Below the pieces are notes generated by a model that made no database searches, had not been told where the DNA came from, and saw nothing but the letters and a program-made list of their open reading frames with translations. A DNA stretch of 64,000 bases from assembly GCA_963731655.1 (NCBI GenBank), contig CAVSWL010000005.1, positions 361,862-425,861 on the forward strand, in the 5' to 3' direction. The translations under genes were made by a program, and so were the position numbers. Positions 1-10,541 of the stretch are shown here, one piece after another (position 1 is the stretch's first letter; each line of letters starts with the position of its first letter). The DNA is from an uncultured Gammaproteobacteria bacterium (GTDB lineage Bacteria > Pseudomonadota > Gammaproteobacteria > JAAEPA01).

Positions 1-438
1 TGTAGAATCGCCGATGATAAATAAAACCGGAGATGATCGATGTTTTAATTGCATCCACGCATCCCGAAGGAGACCGATGAACGACTACACTGGATGGAAG
101 TCCTTCTAACACATGTATTGGGGCCGGTCTTCCGTCAGAAAAACGTGACCGATAAATGGTGCCTGTAGCTGTATCGAGGAAACCCGGAACAAAACCACTT
201 TGATGATTACCTTGGCTTATTCCACCCGTACCATGGAACTGAATATTTTCCTTTAAAAGACTAACGTTTCCATAGCAGTGCTTTTGTTTAACATTGTTCA
301 TTTGCTCCTACCTGCATTGCTTGATTGCCTGCTGGTTATCATCACCATAATCGTAGAAACGCATCATCAACTCATTGCTTATGTTTGAGGGGTGCAGGCT
401 TTGTGAAGATGGTGAGCCATAATTCGTTATTTTGCATC

Positions 439-1668
439 TCAATTTGCTTTCCTGGGAGTTGCGGAGAAGGTAGATTGCGCATCTGATATTCCAATATTGC
501 CGAATAACGACAACCATTTCATGATATCTTCACGCGTTAGCATTCCTTCGATGCGATTATCGACCACTACCGGTAATTGATTGACATTGTGGGTTGCCAG
601 CATGGATAGCGCATTAAACAGATCGTCACCAGGCTTAAGGAAAACCATGCGGTTGCGCGGTGTCATGATTTCGTTTATCCGAGTCGTGGTTCGTGATGCC
701 TTGTCTACGCGGCGGGCATCATGCAAACACACGACCCCTGTTAATCTCCCGTCGTCTACTACTGGAAAAGCGCGTTGATCGCCTCCTAGCAAATAATCAT
801 CGATGAATTCAGCAACCGATAGCTCCGAATCGACGGTTTGAACGGGGGTTCGCATCACCCGCGAGACGGGCACATATTCCAGCGCTTCGCGCATCAGCAG
901 TTGCCGGTAGCTAATCATGGCTGCATTGTTGAGAAACCAGCCGATAAATGCAATCCATAGTCCGTTGATGAAACCGGTGCCAAAAATGGGAACGGAGAGT
1001 CCGATCATCATTGCGAATCCGGAGAACATCAGCATCCACGCAAATACTTGACCGGCTTGGGAAGCGTGTTTTGTTGCCCGGTGCAAATCGCCTGTGAGTC
1101 CCCAGATTGCTGCACGCAATATGCGGCCGCCGTCAAGCGGAAATCCGGGCACGAGATTAAACACGCCGAGAATGATGTTGACGTTGCCAAGCCATACGAG
1201 CAGAGTCGCAGCCGGGCTGAGTCTCTCAAACATCTGCGCAATCCGTTCCGGATCCATCGGGATGGACCCGCTGATCAGCGTGGCGATACTCAGGCAGATG
1301 AAGCCCAGTACGATACTGGTAATGGGGCCCACGATTGCCATGGAAAATTCCGCTTTCCAACCGCGGGGCTCGGTTCGCATCTGCGCCATGCCACCGAAGA
1401 TAAAGAGCACGATTCGAGGAACTTCGATGCCTTGGGCCCGACCGACCAATGCGTGGGATAACTCATGAGCTAGGACCGATCCAAAGAATAAAACAGCCGC
1501 GAGCAATGAAGTCCCCCATACGAGACTTGGAGGCCATTGTGGATGCCATATGGGGAATGCTCTGGTTGCCAGTGCCAATGTGATCAGTGCAAAGATGATC
1601 AACAGACTCCAGTCTACTGCTACCTCAACGCCGGCAATACGTCCCAATCTAAAACCTGATGTCGTCAT
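439..1668 (-). CDS. Site-2 protease family (peptidase M50) with C-terminal tandem CBS domains
   Basis: ORF 439..1698 (-). HExxH zinc motif in HELSHALVGRAQG, multiple TM helices, C-terminal CBS pair. ATG at Met11 (1668) is preceded by AAAGG; Met1 of the track ORF is actually TTG. Confidence 0.8.
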   Translation of the reverse strand: MTTSGFRLGRIAGVEVAVDWSLLIIFALITLALATRAFPIWHPQWPPSLVWGTSLLAAVLFFGSVLAHELSHALVGRAQGIEVPRIVLFIFGGMAQMRTEPRGWKAEFSMAIVGPITSIVLGFICLSIATLISGSIPMDPERIAQMFERLSPAATLLVWLGNVNIILGVFNLVPGFPLDGGRILRAAIWGLTGDLHRATKHASQAGQVFAWMLMFSGFAMMIGLSVPIFGTGFINGLWIAFIGWFLNNAAMISYRQLLMREALEYVPVSRVMRTPVQTVDSELSVAEFIDDYLLGGDQRAFPVVDDGRLTGVVCLHDARRVDKASRTTTRINEIMTPRNRMVFLKPGDDLFNALSMLATHNVNQLPVVVDNRIEGMLTREDIMKWLSLFGNIGISDAQSTFSATPRKAN

Positions 1669-3134
1669 GGGTTTAATACCTTTAGAAAATATTTCCAAGT
1701 TCGTGGATGTCCTATGCGGTAGTTAAGCAGCATATATACCATACCTGGTGATGAACTCAATTCTAGATGCGACTATCAATAACTTGTTCCTTTGGCTGCT
1801 TACCCGTCTTACGACCCAGACTGGCATGAGCGTTGCTCAATAGCTCGAGCGAACTGCACTGCGTAATGCCAGAGAGATAGTCCGTGAGTCAGTTATTAGT
1901 AATGTGTGTACGCGATGTAATGGATCTAGCAAGCCTTCTATGTTAATCATGGGCTTAGTCGCGCGACTATCCGCGTGATCGTCGGCCAACGTACGCCCTA
2001 CTTAATGATTTAACGGGAGCTCATGATAAAAATTGGCAAAGAGAATGAGGTGTGGATCGGAGCTTATGTTTCTATGCCGAACCGCCCGGCAAGGTGCCGT
2101 TTGATTGATCCCATGGGTGGCGGGTAAAAGGCTTTAAGTAGGGGAAATGCTAATTGTACTATTTATAGTGTGTTTCTTAATGTGTAATTCTTACAATGTT
2201 ATTGCAATGAGAGGGTAGCTTCGTATGAGCAAACGATCAGGCAAAACATAAAGAGTAATATCAGGATGATGGTTAAGTCGTCGCAAGATTTGTTTGTATT
2301 AATGACAAAAGAGATTATGGACGACGAGTAAGCCTGTCTCTTGGTAAATCATAATCTAGCCTAAGTATGTGCTAATGAATAGAATTTTAATAATACGTCT
2401 AATCTTATAGGTCAATAGCCTAGTGAACTTATGTTGCATTTGGTACGCAATTGGCTACGTAATTGCCTGTCGTGGCTTTAGTCCTACGCTAATGTGTTTT
2501 GGCCTCGTTCCCGAGTCAGACTGTCTGAGAAGGTGTGCCTTCGCCGCGTAGTCTCCACGGGGCAGCCGCATGTGTTGTGCGGCGTGGGCGAAGTGGTGTC
2601 GTCCAGTTCAGCATTGTGCTTTTAATGGATGTTCGGCGAAAAGCAAATCATTTGCCTAACGAATGGCATGATCAATCAACACCATTAAATAGCATTTAGA
2701 TGGCATTTGCGTATCGTTTGAATATTGTGTTGTGAATGGAATTCAGCGCATTGAAATTTTTCAATACGAACAGCTAAGCGCTTAGTCACATCCACATTGA
2801 TGAAGAGATCGAGGATAATATAAGCAACTTTTTAAATAGATGGCGTTTATCTTGCCTGTATCTTTAAGAATCATTATGCCCAATTACGCATTAGCATCGC
2901 TGAGGCGACGCAGTGTATTTTCTTTGGAAACTAGAGCCGAATTAAAGTTCGTTCCGTGCCTGCGCTGGATATCAATATCGGTGGGATTCAGTAAATGTAA
3001 TACGGGTACCTATAAGTAGTGCGGGTTTGCCGCTCACAAGCCGTCTAGAAGTATCGTTATATAGACTTTAACTAGATCCAACAGTTATCCATATAGCTTG
3101 CATTAAAAGGTAACGTTAGGTAAGGAAAAGAATC

Positions 3135-3593
3135 ATGAAGACTTATACCCAAACAAGAGATGTGCTGGAGCATGTTCGTAATTACCACAAACTGTTGAGT
3201 GAGTTCTATCAGCATCTTGAGGACAAAGCAGAGAAGCAGCGGGTGAAGTTACTGCTCGACTACTTGAGTCGGCATGAGAAACATTTCGATGAATGTCTTG
3301 CGGACTACAATGAAAATGCGTCCAAAATGGTGATGGATACTTGGTATCAGTATACACCGCAGATCGACCCTTCTGAACTGCTAGAAGAAGTGGCACTTAC
3401 GCCGGAAATGTCGGTAGACGACGTGATTCGCGTCGCCTTGCGCCTTGATGACTACCTGATCGACCTCTATCAAATGATGGCCGAGAACGCGGAAATCCCA
3501 GAAGTGAGAGAGGTGTTTATGAATCTCCTGGGCATGGAACAACAAGAAAAGCGTGAGCAAGCGAAAAATGCTTTAAGCATCAAGGGAATATAG
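3135..3593 (+). CDS. Hypothetical protein, 152 aa, no recognised family
   Basis: Clean ORF with strong RBS AAGGAAAAG 6 nt upstream of ATG. Charged, helical-looking composition. Sits after a 1.4 kb AT-rich non-coding region. Confidence 0.6.
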   Translation: MKTYTQTRDVLEHVRNYHKLLSEFYQHLEDKAEKQRVKLLLDYLSRHEKHFDECLADYNENASKMVMDTWYQYTPQIDPSELLEEVALTPEMSVDDVIRVALRLDDYLIDLYQMMAENAEIPEVREVFMNLLGMEQQEKREQAKNALSIKGI

Positions 3594-3687
3594 GCTTGCG
3601 TACTTATCAAGCGGAACTCTTGGCTACCTGGCAAAATAACTCTGAGGGGAGTAGTGGGCGACATCAAGCCTTCCACAGCCGGCTAAA

Positions 3688-4252
3688 CTAATATGACAAT
3701 CGATGCCAATGATCAGGGGCGCAATGGCAGCCATGTCTAGCCCCCAGATAAGATGTTGACGCTTCGGCTGTAAGCATGACGTCGCCAGATGGAAGTGGCT
3801 TGGCCTCCAAGAGATCCAACCGCAAGTGTTTCGACACGCCACTGAGCAACGGTTGGCCGCTTCCGAGGAAGATCGGGCAGACCACGAACCGATACTCGTC
3901 GATCAAACCGTGCTGGGTGAGCTGCGACACAATGGAGCCGCTGCCAAAAATGATCATAGCTTTGCCGGGCTGCGGGCTGCCCCTTCATGGTCTCGATCTC
4001 GCGTGGGTCGATTTCGCGGAGCAGGCGGGAATTCCTCCAGGTCACGTTCTTCAAGGTTCTGGAGAAGACGAACTTCGTTATGCTGTTTAACGCGATCGTT
4101 ACGGAACCGTGCTCCCGAGATCGTCGTCCGGGGATGGTGGGGGTCCGGAAGCGTGCCGGAGGCGTCGACGACAGCATGCCGCCATTGTTGGCAGCCGCCT
4201 CGTTCATGGCGTCGACCGCTTCGCGGCTGTCGCACGATAAGGCCAGCATCAC
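3688..4252 (-). pseudogene. Composite remnant: VOC/glyoxalase-like C-terminal fragment joined to a frameshifted RibD_C (dihydrofolate-reductase-family) reductase lacking its N-terminus
   Basis: ORF 3737..4252 (-) begins LALSCDSREAVDAMNEAAANNGG (VOC C-terminal motif), then runs into KFVFSRTLKNVTWRNSRLLREIDPREIETMKGQ (RibD_C mid-region). The RibD_C C-terminus (GSGSIVSQLTQHGLIDEYRFVVCPIFLGSGQPLL) is in another frame (ORF 3688..3957). No RibD_C N-terminal region is found in any frame. Confidence 0.5.
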
Positions 4253-4530
4253 CTAGCTTGAGGTTGCCGGTGGGATCGGACGGTCGGTGAAGGTACACTA
4301 CTTAGCCTGCATGAGCAGCATGACGTTGATCGCCTCGCTCCATACCATGCATGCGGCGGTAGCGTCAGTCAATTGCGGGTTGTTCCCGAAGATCATTCGG
4401 GACATTTTTCGCTTCCTCCAGATGGTTGCATTGAGCGACCGCTTAATGTGCTGTCTTCTCTTAGACGAACAGACAGTCGTGATTTCGACAGGAGCGTGAA
4501 TTTTTTTAGGACGTTTGATGAGACACCTTC

Positions 4531-4803
4531 ATGCCGGTTGATTTTCTGACCAAAACCCAGAGAGTGGGATACGGTCGCTTTGCTGACGAGCCCTCGCCAG
4601 AGGAGCTCGCGCGTTACTTCCATTTTGACGACACCACCCGGGAACTGATCAGCAAGCGGCGCGGTGTCAACAACCGCCTCGGGATAGCGCTCCAGCTTGG
4701 AACGGTTCGGTTCCTTGGGACATCCCTGTCCAATCCAATCCGTGTCCCGGCGGATTGTCCATCCCAATCCTGGCTTCCAGAAAGTAGCATGGAACGAGAG
4801 TGA
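4531..4803 (+). mobile_element. tnpA: Tn3-family transposase (TnpA) N-terminal fragment, truncated after about 80 aa
   Basis: [64 protein letters not shown] matches the conserved N-terminus of Tn3-family TnpA. Similarity is lost after about residue 80 and the ORF stops at 90 aa (full length would be about 1000 aa). No Tn3 terminal inverted repeat was recognised nearby. Confidence 0.6.
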
Positions 4804-4899
4804 CTAGACCGTAGATACCCGCGGTAATGAAGGTGATTTTCGCTAATTTCATTGAAGCCTCCGGTAATCGTGTTGAAGGCCGCACATGTTGGCCAGGTG

Positions 4900-6439
4900 C
4901 TAATGTGCCGCAACCGCTCCACTACCAAACGGCTTTCGGGCGAACCACACGGAGACCAGCAGCAACGCGAACAGCCATCCCGACAGCCAGAAAATATCGT
5001 TGACCGCGAGTAGTGACGATTGCTGCGTCACCATGTGATTGAGCTGGTCGAGCGTCTGACCGTTAGTCAATCCGGAGCGGCCGAGCAGGTCCATCGTCTG
5101 CGTCGCCTGCGGCGTGAACGGCGTGATGTTCTCCACCAGCTGGGTGTGGTGCAACGCCTCGCGCCGTTGCCAGAAAGTCGTCGCCAACGATGCGCCGAAA
5201 CTCCCGGCGGTGATGCGGAAGAAATTGACCAGCCCCGATCCGAAGGCGAGCTTTTCCGGCCCTAAACCACCCAAAGTAATCGAGATGAGCGGCGCGAAGA
5301 ACAGGGCGATGCCCACGCCTTGTAGCAATTGCGGCAAGGCTATTGTCCAGTAATCCGCGTCGGGCGTATAGCCGGCGCGCCAGAAGCTGGCGGTGGCAAA
5401 GACGACAAACGCCCCACTCGCAAAGAGGCGTGGATCGACACGTCCCAGAAGCTTTCCGACCAGCGGGGAAAGCAGGAATGCCAGCACCCCATTGGGCGCG
5501 ACCGCCAGGCCCGCCCAGGTCGAGGTATAGCCCATCTGGGTCTGTAGCCAGAGCGGCAGCAGCACCACATTGCCAAAGAAGAGGCTATAACCCAGGCTAA
5601 CGGCGATAGTGCCCGCACGAAAGTTGCTTCGCCCGAGCAGTCGCAGGTCGACGATCGGATGCGCTTCGGTCCATTCCCAGATGACGAAGACCGCCAGCCC
5701 GACGAGCGCGATAACCGCCAGCGCCACGATGACCGGCGAGCCGAACCAATCCAGCTCATTGCCCTTGTCGAGCATGATCTGCAACGCCCCGACCCAGATA
5801 ATGATCAGCCCGAGACCCACCGCATCGACCGGCACCTTCGTTATAAGCGCTCTCGCGCCCGGCGAGCAGCCGCCAGGTGAGCGTCGCGGCCACGAGTCCC
5901 ACCGGGACATTGATGTAGAAGATCCACGGCCAGCCGATGGTATCGGTGATCCAGCCGCCGAGAATCGGGCCGACCACCGGGGCGATCACGACGGTCATGC
6001 TCCAGATCGCCAGTGCCATACCCCGTTTGTGTTCCGGATAGCTCGACATCAGCAGCGTCTGCGATAGCGGCACCATGAGGCCGGAGACGCTGCCCTGCAT
6101 CACACGCAGGGCCAGCAGGGTCTGGAAACTGGGTGCCGCACCGCACAGCCAAGATGCCAGAGTGAACAGCAACACTGCGGACACGAATACCCGCACCTGA
6201 CCGAAACGCTGTGCAAGCCAGCCCGAGAGTAGCACCGAGATAGCGTTAGCCACGGCATAGGAGGTAATGACCCAGGTCGCCTGGGTCGGACTCACACCGA
6301 GATCGCCGGCAATCGATGGCAGCGATACGTTGGCGATGGTGGTGTCGAGCACTTCCATGAAATTAGCCAATGCCAGCGCGATGGTGGCCAGGGCCAGCGC
6401 CGGTCCTTGGAGACAAGTTGGTTGAGTCTGAGTGCTCAT
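4900..6439 (-). pseudogene. emrB: EmrB/QacA-type DHA2 MFS efflux transporter, frameshifted
   Basis: N-terminal half in ORF 5756..6517 (MSTQTQP... start at 6439). C-terminal half in ORF 4900..5910 in a different frame. The junction is near 5850-5870 (LAGRESA / ITKVPVDAVGLGL), consistent with a 1-nt insertion. 14-TM DHA2 architecture otherwise preserved. Confidence 0.75.
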
Positions 6440-6453
6440 ACACTGGCCCCCTC

Positions 6454-7783
6454 TTATCTGAGGTCCCGAGATACGGCTGTGGAGTGTAGAGCAAGGTGAA
6501 ACAGTTCCGGCTTGCATTCGCCCGCGAGCCTATCCGCAGCGACCGTTTGTAGGCCACTACGGGGCGAAGCGTTGCTTGCCACATTGGCCGCGATGATCCG
6601 GGCCACCAGTTCAGCGGCCGCCTGCCGTTGCTGGTCGAAGACATGCGTCTGATACTCCGGCGCTTGGTGTTCGCTCGGCAACCTTCGCGTGCCTTCCCTA
6701 TCATGCGTATCCACTTCGACATTCATCGACAGACCGATGCGCAATGGGTGTGCCTCGAGCTCCGTTTTGGATAATGCGATGCGTACCGGCAGCCGCTGGA
6801 CCACTTTGATCCAATTACCGGTCGCATTTTGGGCGGGCAGCAGGGCAAATGCGCTACCGGTGCCCGCGCCCAGACCCGTCACGGTCCCATGGAACTCGAT
6901 ATCGCCTCCATAAACATCGGCGTGCAGCGAGACCGGCTGGCCGAGCCGGATATTCTCGAGCTGCTTTTCCTTGAAGTTGGCGTTGACCCAAACCTGGTCC
7001 AGCGGAACAATCGCCATTAGCACCGATTCTGGATTCACGCGTTGCCCCAGCTGTACGCTGCGCTTGGCGACGTAGCCCGACACCGGCGCCAACAAGGTCG
7101 TACGTTGATAAGCGAGCGAGGCTTCGCGTAACGCCGCCGCGGCGTGCTCTACATTGGGATGGGTTTCCACACAGGTGGCGTCGGTCAGCGCACGGTTGGC
7201 GGCGAGCTGTTGCTTGTGCGACCTGTAACGCCGCCTCTGAAGTGCGGGCCGCATCGCGGGAGTGCTGGAGATCCTCATCTGACACGTAATTGGATTTCAC
7301 CAGCTTTTCGCGGCGGACCAGATCGTCTCGGGCCTTATCCGCGTGGACCTGACGCTCGGCCACCGCCGCCTGCAGACGTGCGGTATCGGCGTAAAGGCCG
7401 CGCGTTTCGCGGATGGTCTGGGCGAGCTGCGCCTCCGCCTTCTTCAGCGCGACGGCCGCATCGGTTCTATCCAGCTGTGCCAGCGGTTGCCCCGCTTGTA
7501 CGTAATCGGTATCGTCGACGCCGATCGTCACCACGGTACCCTCGACCTGCGGTGTGATCTGAACCACATTGCCGCCCACGTAGGCATTGTCGGTCGCTTC
7601 CGTATAACGCGCCACGATCCACCAATAGGCACCGTATACCGACCCCAGCAGGACTACTACGCCGAACACCGCCATCAGCAGTTGCTTACGTTTTCCATTC
7701 GGCTTGGCGCGCGTTGCGTCAACGGCCACACCGCCCGCACCACCGAGTTTCTCATCCGATCGATGATCTGCTTGCGAATTCAT
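6454..7783 (-). pseudogene. emrA: EmrA/HlyD-family membrane fusion protein, frameshifted
   Basis: N-terminal part in ORF 6854..7789 (true ATG at 7783 preceded by GGAGG; MNSQADH..., TM anchor, coiled coil). C-terminal part (LAYQRTTLLAPVSGYVAKRSVQLGQ...VWVNANFKE) in ORF 6454..7278 in another frame. Frame change near 7190-7250. Ends 15 nt before the emrB start, the typical emrAB operon arrangement. Confidence 0.7.
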
Positions 7784-7920
7784 AACCACCTCCTACAGAC
7801 ATTCGCCGATCAATTCTTGGGACCGGCGCCGTCACAGCGTTCCGCCGAGGATCGGATCGCTCTACGATACCTTCACCGGACGGCCGCTCGAGGAACGACG
7901 ACGCCGAATCACTACCACAA

Positions 7921-7938
7921 TGTCAACAACTGTTGACA
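7921..7938. promoter_or_regulatory. Putative TetR operator, palindrome TGTCAAC-N4-GTTGACA
   Basis: Perfect 7-bp inverted repeat with 4-bp spacer in the divergent emrA / tetR intergenic region. Confidence 0.5.
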
Positions 7939-7960
7939 AAATAGCTCAGCAATACTCGAA

Positions 7961-7977
7961 TGTCAACAAGCGTTGAC
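7961..7977. promoter_or_regulatory. Second copy of the same operator-like palindrome, TGTCAAC-N4-GTTGAC
   Basis: Same inverted-repeat motif 40 bp downstream of the first copy, immediately upstream of the tetR start (7992). Confidence 0.5.
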
Positions 7978-7991
7978 GTTATACTATCCTC

Positions 7992-8375
7992 ATGAATGAT
8001 GACGACACTTTGAAGACTCGGCGTTGCGATATCACCCGCGCCAACATTCTCGCTGCCGCGCGCGAGCGATTTGCCGCCGAGGGCTATGAACGCGCGACGA
8101 TCCGCGCCATCGCCGCCGATGCCGGCATTGACCCCGCTCTGGTGATGCGGTATTACGGTAACAAAGCCGGTTTGTTCGCGGCCGCGGCGGATTTCGACCT
8201 GCAATTGCCGGAGCTTGCCGCGGTGCCACGCGACAATGTAGCGTCCTTTCTCATGGCGATATGCTGGATATGGAAGATGGAGCCGTTTCTCTGGCGGAAT
8301 GAATTAATTAGCTTCGCACAATTCGAAGCAGCGGAATCCATTTCCACCAATTCCATTGCGCCACCAGGAAAATAA
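7992..8375 (+). pseudogene. TetR/AcrR-family regulator, 3'-truncated (HTH domain only)
   Basis: N-terminal TetR HTH (ITRANILAAARERFAAEGYERATIRAIAADAGIDPALVMRYY) is intact to about residue 90. The rest of the ORF is unrelated sequence with different composition. The ORF collides head-on with the isochorismatase fragment. Confidence 0.6.
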
Positions 8376-8413
8376 TCATTTTGAACATCGATTACGATTA
8401 GCGCTTGATTCAT
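8250..8413 (-). pseudogene. Isochorismatase/cysteine-hydrolase-family N-terminal fragment (about 55 aa)
   Basis: MNQALIVIDVQNDYFPGGAMELVEMDSAASNCAKLINSFRQRNGSIFHIQHI is a typical isochorismatase-family N-terminus (ATG at 8413-8411). The reading frame then continues antisense into tetR. The catalytic Cys region is absent. Confidence 0.5.
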
Positions 8414-8509
8414 TTTATCTACTCTTTTACTAATGGGTGCGTCTCTCAATCCATCAACGTCAAGCTTGCAACGCCAGTAATCCATGCCGTGACACTGAAC
8501 ACTTACCCA

Positions 8510-9019
8510 TCATGAGCCAAGTCCGGCAAGGAAATACCGTACCAGTCCCGCCACAGTATTGACCTCCTCGTCGAGAGCGAAGTGGCCGGCATTGAGCAGA
8601 TGGATCTCGGCATCGGGGACGTCGCGCCCATAGGCCAAGGCACCGTCGATCGTGAACAGTGCGTCGTGTTTACCCCACACGACCAGGGTCGGCGGGCGGT
8701 GCTCGCGTAAGTAAGCCTGCCAGGTCGGATAGGCCGCCACATTGGTCTGATAGTCAAACATGAGCTCGAGTTGAATGCGATCCATCCCTGGTCGCATTAA
8801 AAAAGCGAGCTCATCGCTCCAGGTATCGGGGTCAACGCGCTTGGCGAGCCGCGGGATCAGCGTCGCGAACCTACGAGACGACGACGGGAATCCGTGCAAC
8901 AACAAGATCACGGGCGCATCCCTCGGGCCGGCCTCGCGGTAGAACAGGTTGACACCGTCTACCGCAACCGTGTGGTATTCCACCGGGACTCTGGATCCAA
9001 GCATTTCGGGGACGTACAT
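8510..9019 (-). pseudogene. Alpha/beta-hydrolase-fold protein with internal deletion (169 aa, nucleophile elbow missing)
   Basis: N-terminal LLLHGFPSSSRRF and C-terminal lid/His region (LVVWGKHDALF...NAGHFALDEE) are present. The GxSxG nucleophile segment expected between them is missing. Length is about 60% of a typical family member. Confidence 0.55.
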
Positions 9020-9040
9020 CGGCCTGTCTCACGTTGCGGA

Positions 9041-9517
9041 CTAACTCGCGCGCTCAAGCGCGGGTGTCGCCGGTTGATAGGTGCCGGGTACGGACCGGAA
9101 GCCGACCGCGATCCGGTTCCAGCCGTTGATGGCGACGATCGCAAGCGTCAGGTCCACCAGTTCCTGCTCCGAAAACTCACCGCGTGCCGCTTCGTACTCG
9201 GCATCCGGCACATGGGTATCGGCAACGTGTGTCAGTGTCTCCGTCCAAGCTAGGGCGGCCCGCTCACGTGCCGAAAAGAACGGCGTCTCGCGCCAGGCAT
9301 CGAGGGTATAGAGCCGCTGTTCGCTTTCGCCCGCGGCGCGGGCGTCCTTCGAATGCATGTCCAGACAATAGGCGCAGCCATTAATCTGCGAGGCACGCAT
9401 CTTGACCAATTCAATGAGCGGACGCTCGATGCTGCCTCGGGCGACAGCGGCTTCGAGTCCGAGCATCGCCTTGAAGGCATCGGGTGAAACCGTCGTGTAA
9501 TTCAGTCGTGCTTGCAT
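9041..9517 (-). CDS. Carboxymuconolactone decarboxylase (AhpD-like) family protein
   Basis: 158 aa. CxxC-containing AhpD-like core (QINGCAYCLDMHSKDA). Full-length for the family. Confidence 0.8.
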   Translation of the reverse strand: MQARLNYTTVSPDAFKAMLGLEAAVARGSIERPLIELVKMRASQINGCAYCLDMHSKDARAAGESEQRLYTLDAWRETPFFSARERAALAWTETLTHVADTHVPDAEYEAARGEFSEQELVDLTLAIVAINGWNRIAVGFRSVPGTYQPATPALERAS

Positions 9518-9644
9518 AACAGTTCTCCAATCGGAGTGAATTGAGTGAAGGTATCGGGGTCAACCCGATATAAAATTATCTGGATTCCTGTGCTATAGAC
9601 GGGCGACGCGACTAAGTTGTGACAGGGGCGGGTACTCGCTATCT

Positions 9645-10541
9645 TCAACCGCCACCATTGTGCGGCGGCTGGATGCGGCGCAACTTCTCGGGATTGAGCA
9701 CGTTATAACCGGCGAGAATGCACAGACCATCGGTTTCGACCGACATCGCCCACCTGGGCTCGCCGTCGATGCAGGCGAGCACTCCGGTCTCACCGTTTAT
9801 GGACGCCAATTGAAACCTAACCCGGTCCGGATACTTCCGTGCCAGGGTGCGACCGATACCCGTGAGCAGCTTGGCGATGCGGGCACCGCCCTGCACCACC
9901 TTGCTTGCCGCCGCCACCTTGCCACCGCCGTCCGCGGTCCAGGTGGCATCTTCCGCGAACAGCGCAAGCAGAGTTTTTGCATCGCTGGTTTGGACAGCCT
10001 TACAGAATGTCTCTAGCAACCGGCGGCGTGCTGCTTCACTGACTTGGAACCGGGGGCGATCTCGCCGTACCCGCTGGCGTGCCCGGTGCACCAGCTGACG
10101 GCAGCTGGCCTGGCTTTTACCCAGCGCTCCCGCCACCTCGGGGTAATCGCAGTCGAATACGTCGTGCAGCAAAAAAGCGGCGCGTTCCTCCGGTGCCAGT
10201 CTTTCGAGCACGACGAGAAAGGCTATCGAAAGGTCGGAAGCCAGTTCCGGGGTTGGGTCGGGTTCGACGGATGGCTCGCCGACCATCGGCTCGGGCAGCC
10301 AAGGTCCGAAGTAGGCATCGCGCTCGACACGCGCGGCCCGTAGTCGGTCGATACACAGCCGCGTCATCGTGGTGGTCAGCCAAGCCCCCGGGCTGTGCAC
10401 TCGTTCTGTGTCGGTCTGATGCCAGCGCAGATAAGCCTCTTGGAGCATGTCCTCCGCATCAGTCGGTGAGCCGAGCATGCGGTAGGCAATCCCGTATAAT
10501 CTAGGCTGGTATTGCTGAAATGTCGTGGTACATTGGTCCAT
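9645..10541 (-). CDS. ECF-type RNA polymerase sigma-70 factor with SnoaL-like C-terminal domain (SigJ type)
   Basis: Sigma70 region 2 (YGIAYRMLGSPTDAEDMLQEAYLRW), region 4 HTH (YPEVAGALGKSQASCRQLVHRARQR), and a C-terminal extension of about 120 aa typical of SigJ-like sigma factors. Confidence 0.8.
   Translation of the reverse strand: MDQCTTTFQQYQPRLYGIAYRMLGSPTDAEDMLQEAYLRWHQTDTERVHSPGAWLTTTMTRLCIDRLRAARVERDAYFGPWLPEPMVGEPSVEPDPTPELASDLSIAFLVVLERLAPEERAAFLLHDVFDCDYPEVAGALGKSQASCRQLVHRARQRVRRDRPRFQVSEAARRRLLETFCKAVQTSDAKTLLALFAEDATWTADGGGKVAAASKVVQGGARIAKLLTGIGRTLARKYPDRVRFQLASINGETGVLACIDGEPRWAMSVETDGLCILAGYNVLNPEKLRRIQPPHNGGG

Noticed and set aside
4440-4530. Possible Tn3-type terminal inverted repeat upstream of the tnpA stub
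   Set aside because: No GGGG-initiated 38-bp IR-like sequence or matching partner was found. The upstream DNA looks like ordinary intergenic sequence.
5340-6152. Several 70-150-aa ORFs on both strands inside the emrB region (for example 5340..5759, 5609..6067, 5841..6152)
   Set aside because: They are Arg/Pro/Ala-rich shadow ORFs in a high-GC gene, overlapping the MFS transporter frames.
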